From contig OZ220691.1 in assembly GCA_965116475.1 (NCBI GenBank), positions 704,001-768,000 on the forward strand: a stretch of DNA of 64,000 bases, read 5' to 3'. The stretch comes from Gemmatimonadota bacterium (lineage in GTDB: Bacteria; Gemmatimonadota; Gemmatimonadetes; Palauibacterales; Palauibacteraceae). Below are positions 9,085-18,186 of the stretch, piece by piece. The translations under genes and the position numbers were made by a program. Under the pieces are notes generated by a model. That model was not told the DNA's origin and did not search any database. It saw only the letters and a program-made list of their open reading frames with translations. The stretch's first letter is position 1, and every line of letters begins with the position of its first letter.

Positions 9085-10197
9085 TCAACCTGGCTTCTCC
9101 ACGCGCACGCTGAGCTTTGCGATGCGCCACGGCGGGAAACTGCTGTTCTGGAGAAGATAGAGATGCCTGCCACCCCCCAGGACCCTCGAGTCCTCCGGCA
9201 ACGGCACCTCCTCGTACAGCTTGCGGCCCGTGTGCCGGTCGTAGATGTCGAGGGATGAATGATACTCCCCGAAGGGTCCGCCGGACTCGGGGTAACCAAA
9301 ACGACCATGCACCACGACGAGATGGGAATCCACAACTGCGATGTGCGAGATGGTGCCGCGCCCTCCGAGCAGTTCTGGCATCTGCGTGGGGTATGCGCCC
9401 GGGTTGAAGGCACCCGGCTCGAACACGGGGATCGGATCGAACGTGGAGGGAGGAACGCCGATCTGGCCGATCGAGTCGCCTGCGGCGTTCAGAATCGTCA
9501 CCGGGTAGCGCAGGGAATACGCCATATAGATGGAGTCGCCCGCTACGTCGAATGAGAAGCGCACCAGCGACGCCCAGTACGGTCTCTCCACGGGAATGAA
9601 CGGGAAGGTATAGCCGCTCCACGCTATCTCGTCAGCTGCCAGCCGATGCAGCAGTCGAGGCTGCTGCACGAACCGTGACACACCCTGAGTCGCCTCCGTG
9701 AAGAGCTTGATCCCCACCAGCAGATCGGAACCGATTTGTTCAATCCCTGACGGGATACCGGGGAGTTGTACGATGGTATCCGGCACGAGGTTCGCCGTGA
9801 GGTAGGTGAGGCGCGGCCCGGAGCCCAACACGGCGACCCGCCCCCTTGCGGTCTCGGTCAAGCCGTTGATCCTCCGGAACTCGAACGGGCCGTCGCCGAA
9901 TCGACCAAAAGCCGCCTCGAGCCGCCCCTGTGCGTCGTAGCTGCGGACCCTGGGGAGCTGCCCCTCGCCAAGCAGGAAGCCACCATCGGCCCGCTCCTTA
10001 AAGATCCCCGGAGTCGCGATCGAATCCTGCGGATTCTCGCTGAGCGTGATAATGACTTCGGTCTCGAACGCCTCATCGAGCGCGGCCCGCAGTGGCGGCA
10101 ACGGGTCGGGCGCCCTCCCGCACGCCAGGAGGGGCAAGACGGCCGCGCACGCCATCGTGCGGAGCGCACCGGCTCGTTCGCGGGCGAGCGTAACCAC
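9085..10197 (-). CDS. 6-bladed beta-propeller lipoprotein
   Basis: Lipobox LLAC, FGRFGDGPFEF motif; starts 3 nt after the peptide gene stop. Confidence 0.78.
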   Translation of the reverse strand: MVTLARERAGALRTMACAAVLPLLACGRAPDPLPPLRAALDEAFETEVIITLSENPQDSIATPGIFKERADGGFLLGEGQLPRVRSYDAQGRLEAAFGRFGDGPFEFRRINGLTETARGRVAVLGSGPRLTYLTANLVPDTIVQLPGIPSGIEQIGSDLLVGIKLFTEATQGVSRFVQQPRLLHRLAADEIAWSGYTFPFIPVERPYWASLVRFSFDVAGDSIYMAYSLRYPVTILNAAGDSIGQIGVPPSTFDPIPVFEPGAFNPGAYPTQMPELLGGRGTISHIAVVDSHLVVVHGRFGYPESGGPFGEYHSSLDIYDRHTGRKLYEEVPLPEDSRVLGGGRHLYLLQNSSFPPWRIAKLSVRVEKPG

Positions 10198-10200
10198 CGG

Positions 10201-10461
10201 CTATCGAACCACGATTTCCGGGATGCAGCACATCTCCAGCGCCGTGTAGCACGACCAGCCTCCGCATTGCCCGTCCCAGGGATCGCGGTGTTCCAGATCC
10301 ACGCACGGGCTGCCGAGTTCGTCCTCCCACTCCTCGACGCACGGATCCGTGCCCTCCTGCCCATCCAGCGCCGCCGGACCGACGGTTGTGGATGCGACGG
10401 CGAGTATGAAGGCCACCGCCAGCGCGGTGGCGATACGTGTGAACAGTGCGAACTTGTCCAT
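10201..10461 (-). CDS. Small secreted Cys-rich peptide (86 aa, 6 Cys)
   Basis: RBS AAGGAG, hydrophobic signal peptide, acidic core C-x11-C-x12-C-x4-C-x6-CC. Confidence 0.8.
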   Translation of the reverse strand: MDKFALFTRIATALAVAFILAVASTTVGPAALDGQEGTDPCVEEWEDELGSPCVDLEHRDPWDGQCGGWSCYTALEMCCIPEIVVR

Positions 10462-10473
10462 GTTGTCTGCTCC

Positions 10474-11076
10474 TTACGGATTCGAGGATTGGGTACGTAT
10501 GAGGCCCGTCGTGAGCGTCCCTCGTAGCGCGCCCACTTGGGCTTCGAAGCTCCAGCCGCAGTCCGAGGCGGCGGTCCTGGAATCGGCCAGCACCACGACT
10601 CCGGCACCGTCAACGAGAAGCTTCGTGTTAGGGAGAAGCGGACCGAACACAGCTTCCAGATCTTGTCGCGACGCTAAGGTGAACGTCGTGCCGCGAAGCG
10701 CCCGTCGCGCCTCATCGGGCACGTCATGATCACCGAACACCACGACATGGCGCTTCAGCAAAGGATCGTCCCCAAGAGCATTCCACACGGCGACCCTGGC
10801 ATTCAAGCAGGTCCGGCACCGCGCGAGATCGACGATCCAAAGCAGGTGAGCGTCCGCGGCGTCCGGTCTCTCGAGATCGAATGAAGACAGGGATACCGAG
10901 GTTCCGACCAGACGATCCCGGACGTTCGCCCGCTCGACCAGCGGGGTCGTCAACTGCAGCTTCGCCACAAGCTCGCGGTTGGATGAGGCCACGCTCCAAA
11001 CCAAGACCGCTCCGCCGAGTACCAGCCCGAATACGGCCAAGTCCAAGAGCGGTCTAAGGGACTTTCCTACCACCAC
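10474..11076 (-). CDS. Membrane-anchored thioredoxin-fold (TlpA-like) protein
   Basis: N-terminal TM, LLWIVDLARCRTC (CxxC), LPNTKLLVDGAGVV. Confidence 0.6.
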   Translation of the reverse strand: MVVGKSLRPLLDLAVFGLVLGGAVLVWSVASSNRELVAKLQLTTPLVERANVRDRLVGTSVSLSSFDLERPDAADAHLLWIVDLARCRTCLNARVAVWNALGDDPLLKRHVVVFGDHDVPDEARRALRGTTFTLASRQDLEAVFGPLLPNTKLLVDGAGVVVLADSRTAASDCGWSFEAQVGALRGTLTTGLIRTQSSNP

Positions 11077-11248
11077 TAGCGTCTCCCCCTTGCGACGAAA
11101 CCGGGTTTCTCCTCAGCCCCAGGTTGAGCTTCTCGGCAACTCGGCCACAAGGTCCCCAAATGGATGACATCTGACTGAACGTCATCCGATCAGGCGACAT
11201 CCACCTGCGGCCCCTCGGTCCGGCCTCGGCGCAACCGACGCGGCCTCC

Positions 11249-12460
11249 CTAGCGCACGATTTCGTAGTGCACGACGTAGGGGATGTCGAGCGCGTCCACC
11301 TCCACCACCCAGGCTTCGTTCCGGTTCGCGTAGTCTATGTGCCACGTGGCGGGTAGCCGGAAGCGGCCGATGGAAGCCCCCGACGCATCGAGCACGAGCC
11401 ACTCACGCTCGCCGTCTTCGTCCAGGCCGGCGATCCATGCGGTGCCGTCGCTGCCCACCACGACGTAGGCAACGGGAGGAAGATAGCGAGTTTGATCGAA
11501 GAACTCGCGTACGGCGTTCGTAAACGCACGCCGGCCAGCTACGACTTCAGACGTCTCCGGATAACCGAACATCTTCTCGATCTCGCCATCGTAGTAGCCG
11601 TCCGGGACGGGGCGCGGTGGATAGGCGAGGCGACGGTGGAACAGGGTGTCGCCGTTTGAACCCACCATTGTCACGCCGAACTCGGCGGGGCCTTCGCCTG
11701 CCCACGTCGCGCCGTCGACGACCACTGCGCGCGACCTGTCCGGCGCGAATCGCCATACGTCCCCTGTTTCAATGGGGTGACCCAGGCGCACCGTTCCATC
11801 TTCCACCAACCCGGCCGAAACCTCGACTGAAGTCGGCACCGACAGCAGCGCAAGCGTGTCGAGCAGGGCGCCCGCCGTGTCCAACACCACGATGGGTACG
11901 GTCGTGAGGATCCCTTGCTCGGGAGCCCCTTCGGAGGGCCGCCCGGCGGCCGCTGTGCGTGATCCGGACAGCGCGACGACCGGTACAAGTCGTGCCGTTC
12001 CGTGCGCGTCCGGTGAGTACGCATGGTAGGGGATCGTCCTCACCTCACCGGTGACAACATCATAGAACGTGAAGCGCCGCAGTTCTGCGTCCCCGATCGA
12101 TAGGATCCCCGGTTCGATCCACCCCATCGTCGTCGGGCTTGCCAGTTCGCCGGGGCCCGACCCGCGGCGCCCGAGGTCGCGAACGAACTCGCCGTCACGA
12201 GTGAAGACCCGGATCATACCATCCCGTGCTAAGACGACGTACACATGGTCCTGGTCGGCCAACACCCCGCCGACGGCCCAGAGTCCCTGCACCGGATCAT
12301 CCGAGCTTCCGATGGCGAGACCCCGCCGCAGGGTCCACTCCGGTATCTCGCCGATCCCCTCGTCCGACGCGGGGGCGGCGCAGGCGAGCGCCATGGTCGC
12401 AAGGAAGACACTCCCGGCAAGTCGTCGCGACGCACCCATGCGGGCGGAGGTCTTCGTCAA
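11249..12460 (-). CDS. 6-bladed beta-propeller lipoprotein
   Basis: Lipobox ALAC, LGRRGSGPGEL, C-terminal WVVEVDALDIPYVVHY. Confidence 0.8.
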   Translation of the reverse strand: MTKTSARMGASRRLAGSVFLATMALACAAPASDEGIGEIPEWTLRRGLAIGSSDDPVQGLWAVGGVLADQDHVYVVLARDGMIRVFTRDGEFVRDLGRRGSGPGELASPTTMGWIEPGILSIGDAELRRFTFYDVVTGEVRTIPYHAYSPDAHGTARLVPVVALSGSRTAAAGRPSEGAPEQGILTTVPIVVLDTAGALLDTLALLSVPTSVEVSAGLVEDGTVRLGHPIETGDVWRFAPDRSRAVVVDGATWAGEGPAEFGVTMVGSNGDTLFHRRLAYPPRPVPDGYYDGEIEKMFGYPETSEVVAGRRAFTNAVREFFDQTRYLPPVAYVVVGSDGTAWIAGLDEDGEREWLVLDASGASIGRFRLPATWHIDYANRNEAWVVEVDALDIPYVVHYEIVR

Positions 12461-12571
12461 CAGCTCTGCGCGGTCAGCAACCCCGCGCGGAACGCAAGAA
12501 CGAGAACCGTGAGGCCTGGACCGCTACCGTGATTCACGAGTGCATGGAAGCTGCAGAGGGCCACCGATGGT

Positions 12572-13621
12572 TCAGCAGCTCCGGCGGGACACGTCGGCGT
12601 CGAGCCGCAGCGTCATCACGTAGTCGATGCCCAGGGGATCGGACGCCACGGCGTGGATGACGCCGGAGGGGCCGACCTCTGTTACCGCCACGGGATAGGG
12701 TACGGAGGCCGAACCGAGATACACGCCGCAGTGGTCCACCAGATCCCAGGTCGACCTATTGGGATCCGCCGCGCGTCTGGCCCAGATCCAGCCTTCGGGC
12801 GAGACATCCAGTTCCGCCGGATCCGGCTGCGGAATCTCGATGGTGCGGAGCGTATCGCCGGCGATGGTCAGTTCATGCAGCAGGGGTTCACCAGGGGGGG
12901 CCAGCCAAACCGTACCCTCCGGTGAAGCCGTCCAGGCGATCTGGGCACGCGTGGGCCTTATCATCGTGAGCGTAATTGTCCCGCGCGTGGACGCGCCCGC
13001 CGTTTCAACCGTGCGCCGCGTGCCGTCCGTGGCCATGGCACGCGCGTCGATTCTCAGTGTGTCGCCAGACAACGCATAGTCCTGCGTGATCCCGCCACGG
13101 GCCACGTAGCTGTACGTTGAGTCCCCGAAGACTCTGTACTGTTGTTCGTATACCCGGCCCTGTCTGTCGACGGCCATCACTACGGTGATCGGCTGAGTGG
13201 GGTTGCGGCGCAGGTCCGGCACCGTCGTGCTTCGCGCATGTTCCACGCCAAGCGAATCCAGGACCGACTGAAACACGCTATCGTCAATCCACAGCCGACC
13301 CCGACCCTCGTCCCAAGTCACGCGAGCGGGAAACTGGCGTCTGTGCCGCCGTTCGCCCGGCCCCTCGCCCTCGGGGGCAAGCCGACGAATGAACTCGCCG
13401 TCGCGGTCGAACAGGCGCACGTCCCTCCAGCCGGGATCGAGTACGTAGATGCGACCGGCTGAATCCACCGCGAGATCGTGGATGTCGCCGAACACATCGG
13501 GTCCCGACCCTTCGGCACGCCCGAGGCGCGACTCCTCGATCAGGTGGAATTCGCGAGTCTGGGCGGCAAGCGAGGACGCCGAAACCAGCAAGGCAAACGT
13601 GATGGCTGTCGCTGACTTCAC
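12572..13621 (-). CDS. Secreted 6-bladed beta-propeller
   Basis: GTG start with RBS GAGGAG, signal SLAAQ, LAPEGEGPGE; paralogue of 15182..16243. Confidence 0.8.
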   Translation of the reverse strand: MKSATAITFALLVSASSLAAQTREFHLIEESRLGRAEGSGPDVFGDIHDLAVDSAGRIYVLDPGWRDVRLFDRDGEFIRRLAPEGEGPGERRHRRQFPARVTWDEGRGRLWIDDSVFQSVLDSLGVEHARSTTVPDLRRNPTQPITVVMAVDRQGRVYEQQYRVFGDSTYSYVARGGITQDYALSGDTLRIDARAMATDGTRRTVETAGASTRGTITLTMIRPTRAQIAWTASPEGTVWLAPPGEPLLHELTIAGDTLRTIEIPQPDPAELDVSPEGWIWARRAADPNRSTWDLVDHCGVYLGSASVPYPVAVTEVGPSGVIHAVASDPLGIDYVMTLRLDADVSRRSC

Positions 13622-13669
13622 CGAACTCCTCTTCGGGGCAGGAATCTCGACCTGGAACGGCACGATAAG

Positions 13670-13700
13670 GTATGGACCCGGCCGACGCTCGGAAGGTCAC
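13670..13700 (-). promoter_or_regulatory. Putative ECF-sigma promoter copy 1 (GTGACC-N17-GTCCATAC)
   Basis: Exact bipartite motif found five times in intergenic DNA, here 49 nt upstream of the propeller start. Confidence 0.7.
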
Positions 13701-13749
13701 GAGGTTGGCGTGCGGCCAAGGCCGGACCTCTCTCGGCAGCGACGTCAGG

Positions 13750-14769
13750 CTACTTGGTCCAGACGACAACCACGCCGCATCGCGAATCGGACCCGCCGAA
13801 TTCGGCCGGAAGCGACGCCGCCCCCCGGTACACCTCTACTCCGGCCACCTCGATGGGAAGCACCAAAGCGTCGAGGGAGGAACTCCCAACCTGGATGTTG
13901 TCCAGATACACAGCCATGGTGCAACCTGCACGAGCGTTGAACATCCCAGCCCGAACGCTGGGGAGTTCCTCTATCATATTCGAGATTCGCAGCGGTCTCC
14001 GACGCTCGATGTCCGCAGCCGTATAGAAGGTCCCGAGGCCGAGCAACTCTCCCCAGTGTTGCCGCTCGTAGAAGCCCTTGATCTCCAGACGTCGCGACCG
14101 CGTGGTCGACACCACCAGGGGCTCCAGTTCCATCGGCTCCCGCACAAGGCTGATCTCCAACTCCGTCGTGCGTCCGGTGGTCACGTCAACCGCGTGGCGA
14201 AGCGGCGCGTAGCCGAGCCGTCGAACCTGTAGCTCGTGCCGCCCCGCCGGCACGCCGGTCAGCCGGAACAAGCCCTGTCTGTCGCTTGCGACCTCCGTCG
14301 GCCGGCCGACGACGCTCACGGCCGCCGTCTCCACGGGACGCCCGGTCTCCGTGTCGACCAAGCGCCCGATCAGACGTCCCGACCGAACCGAACTCAGGAT
14401 CCGCAGGCGGACCTCTCGCTCCTCCCCGGCTACGATGCCCTCCGGCGCCGCCTGCCCGCTCGAATGATCCCCGAATTCCGCCCACACGACCGCCTGACTC
14501 GCGTCGCGCGGAACGCACAACCGAAGGCGGCCGTTGGCATCCGTCGCCTCTCGCACCGGCATTCGTTCCGCATCGGTCCAGCGAAGAACTACCGTGGCGC
14601 CGGGCAGTACGATACTCCCGGATTCGTCCAGCACGGTGACAAGAAGCGAGGCCGACTGACCGCAAGCCGCCTGCTGGGCCGCGGTCGGGGCCGAGTTGGC
14701 CAGCAAAGCGGCTGAAGCAATAATCCCACATGTACTTAGAGGTCGGCACCTGGACGACCAAAGATTCAT
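13750..14769 (-). CDS. Secreted 2x carboxypeptidase-regulatory-like + TonB plug protein, no beta-barrel
   Basis: RBS GGAGG, signal peptide, GRFRLTGVP..H.L.VRRLGY-type domain, plug end GVEVYRGAASLPAEFGGSDSRCGVVVVWTK*. Confidence 0.8.
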   Translation of the reverse strand: MNLWSSRCRPLSTCGIIASAALLANSAPTAAQQAACGQSASLLVTVLDESGSIVLPGATVVLRWTDAERMPVREATDANGRLRLCVPRDASQAVVWAEFGDHSSGQAAPEGIVAGEEREVRLRILSSVRSGRLIGRLVDTETGRPVETAAVSVVGRPTEVASDRQGLFRLTGVPAGRHELQVRRLGYAPLRHAVDVTTGRTTELEISLVREPMELEPLVVSTTRSRRLEIKGFYERQHWGELLGLGTFYTAADIERRRPLRISNMIEELPSVRAGMFNARAGCTMAVYLDNIQVGSSSLDALVLPIEVAGVEVYRGAASLPAEFGGSDSRCGVVVVWTK

Positions 14770-14825
14770 GTCTTTCCTCCCGTACACCCGGCCAACTCCG
14801 TCTCGATTAGATGCGGCACGACAAC

Positions 14826-14856
14826 GTATGGACGTGGAGAGCGCCCGGCAGGTCAC
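14826..14856 (-). promoter_or_regulatory. Putative ECF-sigma promoter copy 2
   Basis: GTGACC tgccgggcgctctccac GTCCATAC. Confidence 0.7.
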
Positions 14857-14949
14857 GAAGCCGAGAGGAAGTGATGGTGTCCTGATGCGGGGGGATCGCG
14901 AGGCCGAGCAACTCTCCCTAGCTGAGCGTGAGCTCGGGCCGACGTCGCG

Positions 14950-15170
14950 CTATCGGGTCCACACTACGATGGCACCGCACCGCGCGTCGGACCCGGCGAA
15001 CTCCCCCGGGAGCGACGCCGCACCCTTGTACACTTCAACGGCGGCGACCTCCCTGAGCGAGATCGGTACGGGCATTCCTCTCAAATCAATCCCGTCGAGG
15101 TAGTACTTCATCGGGCACGGCCGACCGGAGAACCCTGCGCTCAAGCGTCGATTGCGCAGGTTCGAGGTTA
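14950..15170 (-). pseudogene. C-terminal remnant of a plug-only protein
   Basis: NLRNRRLSAGFSGRPCPMKYYLDG...EVYKGAASLPGEFAGSDARCGAIVVWTR*; all upstream domains are missing. Confidence 0.85.
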
Positions 15171-15181
15171 ATGCTGCATAG

Positions 15182-16243
15182 CTAGCAGACCTGTCTCACG
15201 ACGTCCGTTTCGAGCCGTAGGCGCAGGATGTACTCGAAGTCCAAGGCCCCCGACGCCACGACATGGATGCGGCCGCCGGCACCCACCTTGGTCAGAGACA
15301 CACGGTGCCGTACTGCTACGAAGCCACGGTACGCGCCGCAGTTGTCCAAGAGATCCCAGGTACTGGTTGCATCGGAGTCCGGCTGGCGCCTGATCCAGAA
15401 CCAACCCTCCGGTGAGACGTCCAGTTCCGCCCACTCGGCGGCGCCCGCTATTCTCCCCGGCAAGATCGTGCGTAGCGTGTCACCCGCAAACGACAGCTGT
15501 TGCAGGCGTCTTTCGTTGATACTTCCCACCCACAACTCACCGCCGGGGGACACCGCCCCGACGGTCTTCGGAGCTTCCGTCCGCGTGACAACCACCGTCA
15601 CTGAACCAGCGCCGGTAGTGCTGGTTCGTGGTACACCCTCACTATCGGCCGTCGCTTCGACCACGAGCATGGCGTCATGTGTGATCGCATACTCCGAATC
15701 GGCCGTACCGCGCGCGGCGTATCGGTACGTCGAATCCCGGTTCGGAGAGGGTCCCCACAGGAACTGGTACAGGCGACCCTGCGGATCCACTCCGACCACC
15801 GTCCCAAGGGGTGCCGTATTGGGCGGGACGAAACTCGGTGCCCGAACCTCGCGCGCATACTCGGTTCCGAGTGAATCGAGCACCAGGCGCTGCAGTCCAT
15901 CATCGATCCACAGCCGATCCCTGTGCGCGTCCCATGTGACCCGAGTCGACCCGATGTTCCAGTATTGCCTTTCTCCGGGTCCCCCACCCTCGGGTGCGAG
16001 CCGTCTGACGAATCGCCCGTCGCGGTCGAAGAGCCGTACCTCCTTCCACCCCACGTCCGCTACGTAGATCCGGCCCTCAGGATCGACCGTGAGGTCATGG
16101 ATGTCGGCAAACACGTCGGGGCCGGATCCTTGGATCCGGCCCAGCCGCAGCTCCTCCGCCAAGTGCATTTCGGCGTTCTGCGCGGTCAGCGACCCCGTGC
16201 AGAGCGCCGAAACGAGAACGGTGAGGCCTGTCGCTGACTTCAC
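15182..16243 (-). CDS. Secreted 6-bladed beta-propeller
   Basis: GTG start, RBS GGAGG, LAPEGGGPGE; clear paralogue of 12572..13621. Confidence 0.8.
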   Translation of the reverse strand: MKSATGLTVLVSALCTGSLTAQNAEMHLAEELRLGRIQGSGPDVFADIHDLTVDPEGRIYVADVGWKEVRLFDRDGRFVRRLAPEGGGPGERQYWNIGSTRVTWDAHRDRLWIDDGLQRLVLDSLGTEYAREVRAPSFVPPNTAPLGTVVGVDPQGRLYQFLWGPSPNRDSTYRYAARGTADSEYAITHDAMLVVEATADSEGVPRTSTTGAGSVTVVVTRTEAPKTVGAVSPGGELWVGSINERRLQQLSFAGDTLRTILPGRIAGAAEWAELDVSPEGWFWIRRQPDSDATSTWDLLDNCGAYRGFVAVRHRVSLTKVGAGGRIHVVASGALDFEYILRLRLETDVVRQVC

Positions 16244-16295
16244 TGCGCCTCCTGTTCGGGGCGGGGGGTCTCGCCGGGTCTCCCGTGTGGCTCCG

Positions 16296-16965
16296 CTACT
16301 TCGTCCAGATCACCACGGCACCGCAGCGAGCGTCGGAGCCGGCGAACTCGGCGGGGAGGGAGGCCGGTCCGTCATACACTTCGATGCCCGCGATCTCCAC
16401 CGGCAGGACCAGTTCGTCCAGCTGCCCGCTCGGCATTCTGATGCCATCAAGGTACACGTAGAGTTGGCAGCCTCCGGTCGAGAACCCCCCCGCCGACCTC
16501 CTCGTGCTTTCGAGTACGCAGCCACGGATGCCGCTTCCGCTGCAGCGCAGGCGCATTCCGGGGACATCGGCGATCATGCGCGTGATGCGGACGGGACGTC
16601 GGCGCTCGATATCATCGACCGTGAAGAAGGTGCCACCACCGGTCAGTTCGCCCCAGTGCCTGCGTTCGTAGAAGCCTCGGATCTCGAGATTGCGCGGCCT
16701 GATCACCGTCGCCACGATCGGCGGCAGCGCCATGGCGTCCGGCGAGAGGCCGAGTTCGACTTCCGTGGTGAACCCTTGTTGCACGGACACCGCGTGGGCG
16801 AGGGGTGCGTATCCGAGATGCCGCACCGACAGTTCGTGTTCGCCGACCGGGAGCCCGCTGAGGACGAACCGACCCCTCTGGTCCGTCTGTACAACCTGCG
16901 TCCGGCCGGACACGGAAATCGCAGCCGCGACCACCGTGCTCCGCTGGACGGACGCGGAGCGACGG
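16296..16965 (-). pseudogene. Plug-only protein with N-terminus deleted or rearranged
   Basis: Second domain and plug intact (…GSDARCGAVVIWTK*); signal peptide and first domain absent, with an inverted scrap in their place. The track ORF start at 17198 lies inside the neighbouring gene. Confidence 0.8.
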
Positions 16966-16974
16966 CACGATACC

Positions 16975-17005
16975 GTATGGACATCGCGAGCGCTCGGAAG
17001 GTCAC
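16975..17005 (-). promoter_or_regulatory. Putative ECF-sigma promoter copy 3
   Basis: GTGACC ttccgagcgctcgcgat GTCCATAC. Confidence 0.7.
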
Positions 17006-17046
17006 GAAGGCGGCGGAGCGCGATGCCGTCTCGATGCGGTGGATCG

Positions 17047-18186
17047 CTATTTCGTCCAGACGACCACCGCGCCGCACCTTGCGTCGGAGCCGGCAAACTC
17101 GGCTGGGAGCTGCGCGGGGCCCTGGTAGACTTCCACTCCGGCCACTTCAACGGGCAGCACGAATTCGTCCACCGCACCGCCCCGCAGCAGGACGCCATCC
17201 ACGTAAGTGTTCATCGTGCAGCCTCCCGGAGAAAACCCCTGCGAGAATCGCGGATTCACCAGTTGACAGCTGTTGATCCCGCTGCCGCTGCACCGGAGTC
17301 GGATTCCGGGTGCGTCGGCAATCATGTGGCTGATGCGGAGTGGTCGTCGCCGATCAATGTCCTCTACCGTGAAGAACGTGCCACCGCTAACCAACTCGCC
17401 CCAAAACTTGCGCTCGTAGAACCCCACGATCTCCAGCCGTCGCGGTCGGATCACGGTTGCCACGAGCGGCTCCATCTCCAGAGGCTCTGCCGGCAGTGCG
17501 ATCTCGAGTTCCGTGGTGAGTCCTGACGTCACCGACAGCGGATGCAGAAGGCGCGCATACCCTATCCGGCGTATCTCCAAGTGCTGTTGGCCGGCAAGTA
17601 TACCGCTCAAGGCGAAGTGCCCTTGCCGATCGGTCTCGACAGCGGTGGCCCGGCCGACCAGTGACACGGCGACCGCGCTCAGCGGACGATTCGTCTGAGC
17701 GTCCACCACGCGCCCGACTACCCGGCCCGGCTCCACCGTACCAAAGAGCACCCGGAGTTCGACAGCGTGCGCGGCGGCGGGGTCCAACTGGACAACCGCT
17801 TGCTCGCTCGAATTGTCGCCAAGCTCGGCCCAGATCGTGGCGTGTCTGGCGTCCATGGGGACGCAGAGGAAGAGGCCCCCGTCCGCTCCCGCCGCTTCGC
17901 GCACCGGCCTACTTACGCCGTCCGTCCAGAGGAGAACCACGGTGGCCCCGGGTAGAGGGATCACACCGGACTGGTCGGTGACGGTTACCAGCAGGGAGGC
18001 CCGGTCGTCACACGTCTCGGGCTGCTGCGCCTCTGCCGCGACTGCACCGGACGCGAGTTGTACCGCAACCACGACCGCAACAACAATCGCAGGCATCCAT
18101 TCCGGCGGTCCCCAGTGCAGGCGACCGATACGAACGCGCCGATCTCGTCGAGGTCGGGTGTCAGGTGATTGCCGCTTGGAGGTCAC
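17047..18186 (-). CDS. Secreted 2x carboxypeptidase-regulatory-like + TonB plug protein, no beta-barrel
   Basis: Same architecture, ends GSDARCGAVVVWTK*; start may be ATG 18096. Confidence 0.8.
   Translation of the reverse strand: MTSKRQSPDTRPRRDRRVRIGRLHWGPPEWMPAIVVAVVVAVQLASGAVAAEAQQPETCDDRASLLVTVTDQSGVIPLPGATVVLLWTDGVSRPVREAAGADGGLFLCVPMDARHATIWAELGDNSSEQAVVQLDPAAAHAVELRVLFGTVEPGRVVGRVVDAQTNRPLSAVAVSLVGRATAVETDRQGHFALSGILAGQQHLEIRRIGYARLLHPLSVTSGLTTELEIALPAEPLEMEPLVATVIRPRRLEIVGFYERKFWGELVSGGTFFTVEDIDRRRPLRISHMIADAPGIRLRCSGSGINSCQLVNPRFSQGFSPGGCTMNTYVDGVLLRGGAVDEFVLPVEVAGVEVYQGPAQLPAEFAGSDARCGAVVVWTK

Noticed and set aside
11162-11187. Inverted repeat GGATGAC-N12-GTCATCC
   Set aside because: Short stem, long loop and only a weak U tract. 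It cannot be called a terminator or operator.
14950-15170. Plug C-terminal remnant as a diversity-generating retroelement template repeat
   Set aside because: No reverse transcriptase in the window. Paralogue differences include indels and all base types rather than adenine-specific changes.
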